A stretch of 25,800 nt of DNA from Candidatus Adiutrix sp. GTDB lineage: Bacteria; Desulfobacterota; Desulfarculia; Adiutricales; Adiutricaceae. A model generated the notes under the pieces. The model had not been told where the DNA came from. It searched no databases and was given only the letters and a program-made list of their open reading frames with translations. Positions 23,399 through 25,800 of this stretch are shown here, piece by piece. The first letter of the stretch is position 1; every line of letters begins with the position of its first letter. The stretch is from contig JAISFR010000118.1 of assembly GCA_031263565.1 (NCBI GenBank), positions 1 through 25,800 of the forward strand, written 5' to 3'. The translations under genes and the position numbers were made by a program.

Positions 23399-24745
23399 AT
23401 TAAACTCCTGTACCTGGCCGCCCTGGCCCTGGCCCTGGCCCTGGCCCTGGCCTGGCCGCCCGATCTGGCCGCCGCGCCTCAGAACTCGGCGCGGGCCAAG
23501 ACCTCGACGAAATCGAAAAAGAAAGGCTCCCAAAAGCAGCCCGCCCAACAGGCGGCTCCGCTGCCCTGGCCCCAGAACCTTTTGGCCCTTTTGGGCGACG
23601 GCGCGGTTCTGGTGGTCGACCACCACGATCCGGAGAAGCCGGGCAAGGCCCTTTACGCCCATAACGCGGAGAAACCTTATGTCCCGGCTTCCATATTAAA
23701 GATCGTCACTTCCGGGGCCGCGCTTGAATTTTTGGGGCCCGAATATCGCTTTAAAACCGACTTTCTTCTGACCCGTGACAAGGATTTGTGGGTGGTCGGC
23801 TACGGCGACCCCTATCTGGTGTCGGAAGAATTGACCACCGTTGTGGAAGCCTTGCAAAAACGGGGCCTCAAAGAGGTTCGCGACCTCTATCTGGACAATT
23901 CTTTCTTTGAGAAAGACCTGATCCTGGACGGCAACACCCGGACCGACTCGCCCTTTGACGCCTACAACCTGGCCTTCGGGGTCAATTTCAACACGGTCTG
24001 CTTTCAGAAGACCAAAAAGGGGCAGGTGAGCAAGGCTTCGGCCCATATCCCGCTGACCCCTCTGGCCCTGGAACTGGCCCCCAAATTCAAGAAAGCCGGC
24101 GTCTATCGGCTGAACGTCAGCGAAAGCCCCGGCCGGGCCGAACTGCACGCCGGGCAGACTTTTCAGGCCCATCTGGAGGGGGCCGGCATCAAGGTCACCG
24201 GAGAAATAGTCCTGGGCCGCAGCGCCCCTTTGCAGCGCAAGGTCTTCTACCGGCACTTATCCAGCAGGACCTTGGCGGCGGTCGTCCAGGATCTGATGAA
24301 ATATTCCAACAATTTCATGACCAATCAGATCTTCCTGGCCCTGGGGGCCGAACTCTACGGCGCTCCGGCCACCCTGGAAAAATCCCAAAAAGCCATGGAC
24401 GCCTATTTTCAAAAATATAACCTGGCGCCCATTGTCATGGGCGACGGCAGCGGCCTGAGCCGCCAGACCACTTTGACCGCCAGCCAGATGGCCGATGTCC
24501 TGGCGGTGGTGGAGGCCGACCGGCGCCTCCTGGTCAGCCGGGACGACGGCCAGGTTTTTTACAAAACCGGCACCATGAGCGACATCAAGACCCTGGCCGG
24601 CTATATCGAGCGCCCCGGCGAACCGGAGCGGCCGCTGGCCTTCGTCATCCTCTTGAACGGCCATAATTTTGCGGCCGGGGCCCGGGACAAGATCCTGGGC
24701 CTGATCAAAAGCGAATTCGCCTCCGCGCCCAGCGCCGGCCGGTAG
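23375..24745 (+). CDS. dacB: D-alanyl-D-alanine carboxypeptidase/endopeptidase, PBP4 family (peptidase S13)
   Basis: Signal peptide MIRGFVQHIKLLYLAALALALALALAWPPDLAAAP. SxxK motif (ASILKIVTSGAAL), SxN motif (YSNNFMTNQIF), KTG motif (FYKTGTMSDIKTLAGY). Start ATG at 23375 (or TTG at 23354), which overlaps the divergent rlpA start by about 24 nt. Confidence 0.8.
   Translation: MIRGFVQHIKLLYLAALALALALALAWPPDLAAAPQNSARAKTSTKSKKKGSQKQPAQQAAPLPWPQNLLALLGDGAVLVVDHHDPEKPGKALYAHNAEKPYVPASILKIVTSGAALEFLGPEYRFKTDFLLTRDKDLWVVGYGDPYLVSEELTTVVEALQKRGLKEVRDLYLDNSFFEKDLILDGNTRTDSPFDAYNLAFGVNFNTVCFQKTKKGQVSKASAHIPLTPLALELAPKFKKAGVYRLNVSESPGRAELHAGQTFQAHLEGAGIKVTGEIVLGRSAPLQRKVFYRHLSSRTLAAVVQDLMKYSNNFMTNQIFLALGAELYGAPATLEKSQKAMDAYFQKYNLAPIVMGDGSGLSRQTTLTASQMADVLAVVEADRRLLVSRDDGQVFYKTGTMSDIKTLAGYIERPGEPERPLAFVILLNGHNFAAGARDKILGLIKSEFASAPSAGR
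23414..23458 (+). repeat. Hexanucleotide microsatellite (CCCTGG/CTGGCC)x5-7 inside the dacB signal-peptide coding region.
   Basis: Seen directly: ctggccgccctggccctggccctggccctggccctggcctggcc, encoding (AL)n. Unit length is 6, so copy-number changes would stay in frame and alter signal-peptide length. Confidence 0.6.
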
Positions 24746-24791
24746 CGCCCCGGCCGCTGTTCCCGCCTCAGGAGAAACCTGGTTTTTTTTG

Positions 24792-24820
24792 TTGACTTTG
24801 CCGGAAAGAACTAGTATAAA
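24792..24820 (+). promoter_or_regulatory. Sigma70 promoter TTGACT-N17-TATAAA for tRNA-Asp, with an upstream T9 tract (UP-like).
   Basis: TTGACT at 24792-24797, 17-nt spacer, TATAAA at 24815-24820, about 33 nt upstream of the tRNA 5' end. T-run at 24783-24791. Confidence 0.5.
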
Positions 24821-24852
24821 AGCACGGTTGGGAGATACACCATAAATATTAC

Positions 24853-24929
24853 GGGGACGTAGTGAAGTGGTTTAACACGCCTGCCTGTCACGCAGGAGAT
24901 CGCGGGTTCAAGTCCCGTCGTCCCCGCCA
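24853..24929 (+). tRNA. tRNA-Asp (anticodon GTC)
   Basis: Cloverleaf read by hand: acceptor GGGGACG/CGTCCCC. Anticodon stem-loop CCTGC-CTGTCAC-GCAGG, identical to the E. coli tRNA-Asp anticodon arm. T-arm GCGGGTTCAAGTCCCGT. Encoded CCA. Confidence 0.9.
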
Positions 24930-24935
24930 TTTTTC

Positions 24936-24964
24936 GGGCGGCCCTCTTTGGGGGGCCGCTTTTT
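24936..24964 (+). terminator. Rho-independent terminator after tRNA-Asp
   Basis: GC stem gcggccc / gggccgc with loop tctttgg, followed by TTTTTT at 24959-24964. Confidence 0.6.
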
Positions 24965-25080
24965 TGTCAGGCGGCTCCGCACGCCGGCCGGCCGCGAAAC
25001 CGCCGTTGAAAATGTCCGGCCGGCCTTGATTCAAGCGCTTTTGCCGGGGCCCGGCCTGAAAAAGGCCGCCTAAAAAAGGC

Positions 25081-25109
25081 TTGACTTTTGCAGTGGGCCG
25101 ATGTATATT
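25081..25109 (+). promoter_or_regulatory. Sigma70 promoter TTGACT-N17-TATATT for the tRNA-Tyr/Gly/Thr-tuf transcription unit.
   Basis: TTGACTTTG at 25081-25089 (same 9-mer as the tRNA-Asp promoter), 17-nt spacer, TATATT at 25104-25109. GC-rich discriminator-like region follows, as in stable-RNA promoters. Confidence 0.55.
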
Positions 25110-25163
25110 TCTCTGGTTCTTGTGCGCCGCCGTCCTTAAAGAGCGTTGAAAGCGGCCATTTGT

Positions 25164-25249
25164 GGAGGGGTTCCCGAGCGGTCAAAGGGAGCAGACTGTA
25201 AATCTGCCGTCAAATGGCTTCGGAGGTTCGAATCCTCCCCCCTCCACCA
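25164..25249 (+). tRNA. tRNA-Tyr (anticodon GTA), with long variable arm
   Basis: Near-identical to E. coli tRNA-Tyr: GGAGGGGTTCCCGAGCGGTCAAAGGGAGCAGACTGTAAATCTGC...GGAGGTTCGAATCCTCCCCCCTCCACCA. Acceptor GGAGGGG/CCCCTCC. CCA encoded. Confidence 0.9.
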
Positions 25250-25283
25250 TAAGACTGATTTATCGGCCCTTCGGGGGTTTCGG

Positions 25284-25360
25284 GCGGGAGTAGCTCAGTT
25301 GGCTAGAGCGTCAGCCTTCCAAGCTGAGGGTCGCGGGTTCGAGCCCCGTTTCCCGCTCCA
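25284..25360 (+). tRNA. tRNA-Gly (anticodon TCC)
   Basis: GCGGGAGTAGCTCAGTTGGCTAGAGCG-TCAGC-CTTCCAA-GCTGA-...-GCGGGTTCGAGCCCCGT-TTCCCGCTCCA. The anticodon arm is identical to E. coli glyT. Confidence 0.9.
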
Positions 25361-25396
25361 GTTTTTCACCGGCCCTGGCCTGGCGGGACTTGAAAC

Positions 25397-25472
25397 GCCC
25401 ACATAGCTCAGCAGGTAGAGCACATCCTTGGTAAGGATGAGGTCATCGGTTCAAGTCCGATTGTGGGCTCCA
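25397..25472 (+). tRNA. tRNA-Thr (anticodon GGT)
   Basis: GCCCACATAGCTCAGCAGGTAGAGCACATCCTTGGTAAGGATGAGGTCATCGGTTCAAGTCCGATTGTGGGCTCCA. Anticodon loop CTTGGTAA. Acceptor GCCCACA/TGTGGGC. Confidence 0.9.
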
Positions 25473-25691
25473 TTTTAATTAAGGGGTTAAAATGGGGCGG
25501 GCGCCGCCCTTCAGGCGCTTGACAGCCGGTTTGCCGTCCACGTTCAAGGTGATGCCCGGCCGTTCGTATAATTCCAATTCCAATTTTTGACCAAAAGGCT
25601 TTTATTCAGGTTGAAATTGGAATAAAATTACCTTCCAGTTCTGTTCGTTCGGATATATTTTTTAAAATAGAATTGGAATCAGGAGGCGAAA

Positions 25692-25800
25692 ATGGCCAAA
25701 AAGAAATTTGACCGCACCAAGACCCACGTCAACGTGGGGACCATCGGGCACATCGACCATGGCAAAACCACCGCCACCGCGGCCATTACGCTGGTGCTGT
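25692..25800 (+). CDS. tuf: Elongation factor Tu (3'-partial; runs off the window)
   Basis: [36 protein letters not shown], the canonical EF-Tu N-terminus with the G1 motif [18 protein letters not shown] 5 nt upstream. The tRNA-Tyr/Gly/Thr then tuf order matches the E. coli thrU-tyrU-glyT-thrT-tufB arrangement. Confidence 0.9.
   Translation, partial: MAKKKFDRTKTHVNVGTIGHIDHGKTTATAAITLVL

Noticed and set aside
22823-23662. Long version (279 aa) of the minus-strand rlpA ORF with a GQGQGQGQ N-terminus
   Set aside because: The first 88 codons are antisense to the dacB signal peptide and the (CCCTGG)n microsatellite. A strong AGGAG RBS precedes the internal ATG at 23398, after which the signal/lipobox and RlpA domain begin.
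24967-25185. 72-aa minus-strand ORF
   Set aside because: It overlaps the tRNA-Tyr gene and its promoter and is a GC-rich chance ORF.

Overview
High-GC window from a likely deltaproteobacterial (Desulfovibrio-like) chromosome, almost entirely coded on the + strand. Contents in order: (1) the 3' part of an autotransporter with PATR-type passenger repeats and a C-terminal beta-barrel, followed by a strong intrinsic terminator. (2) A five-gene, translationally coupled operon: YjfI-like protein, PspA/IM30 (YjfJ-like), NfeD/YqiJ-like membrane protein, SPFH/flotillin (YqiK/FloT-like), and a giant 1756-aa protein with a C-terminal MoxR/AAA_5-like AAA+ ATPase module. This is the most unusual element and a candidate undescribed membrane-remodelling or membrane-stress system. 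(3) A peptidoglycan peptide-trimming cluster: lipoprotein, L,D-transpeptidase-fold protein with tandem NTF2-like domains (Csd6/Pgp2-like), membrane-anchored protein, and an M14-like carboxypeptidase with a Q-x-x-E zinc motif (Csd4/Pgp1-like). (4) An MtaB-like radical-SAM methylthiotransferase. (5) A frameshifted WG-repeat protein. (6) A polar amino-acid ABC transporter (two permeases, ATPase, binding protein). (7) Divergent rlpA (- strand) and dacB/PBP4 (+ strand) genes with overlapping 5' ends. (8) tRNA-Asp, then the conserved tRNA-Tyr/Gly/Thr cluster, then the start of tuf. No CRISPR array or obvious mobile element was found. All long minus-strand ORFs other than rlpA read as GC-rich antisense artefacts.
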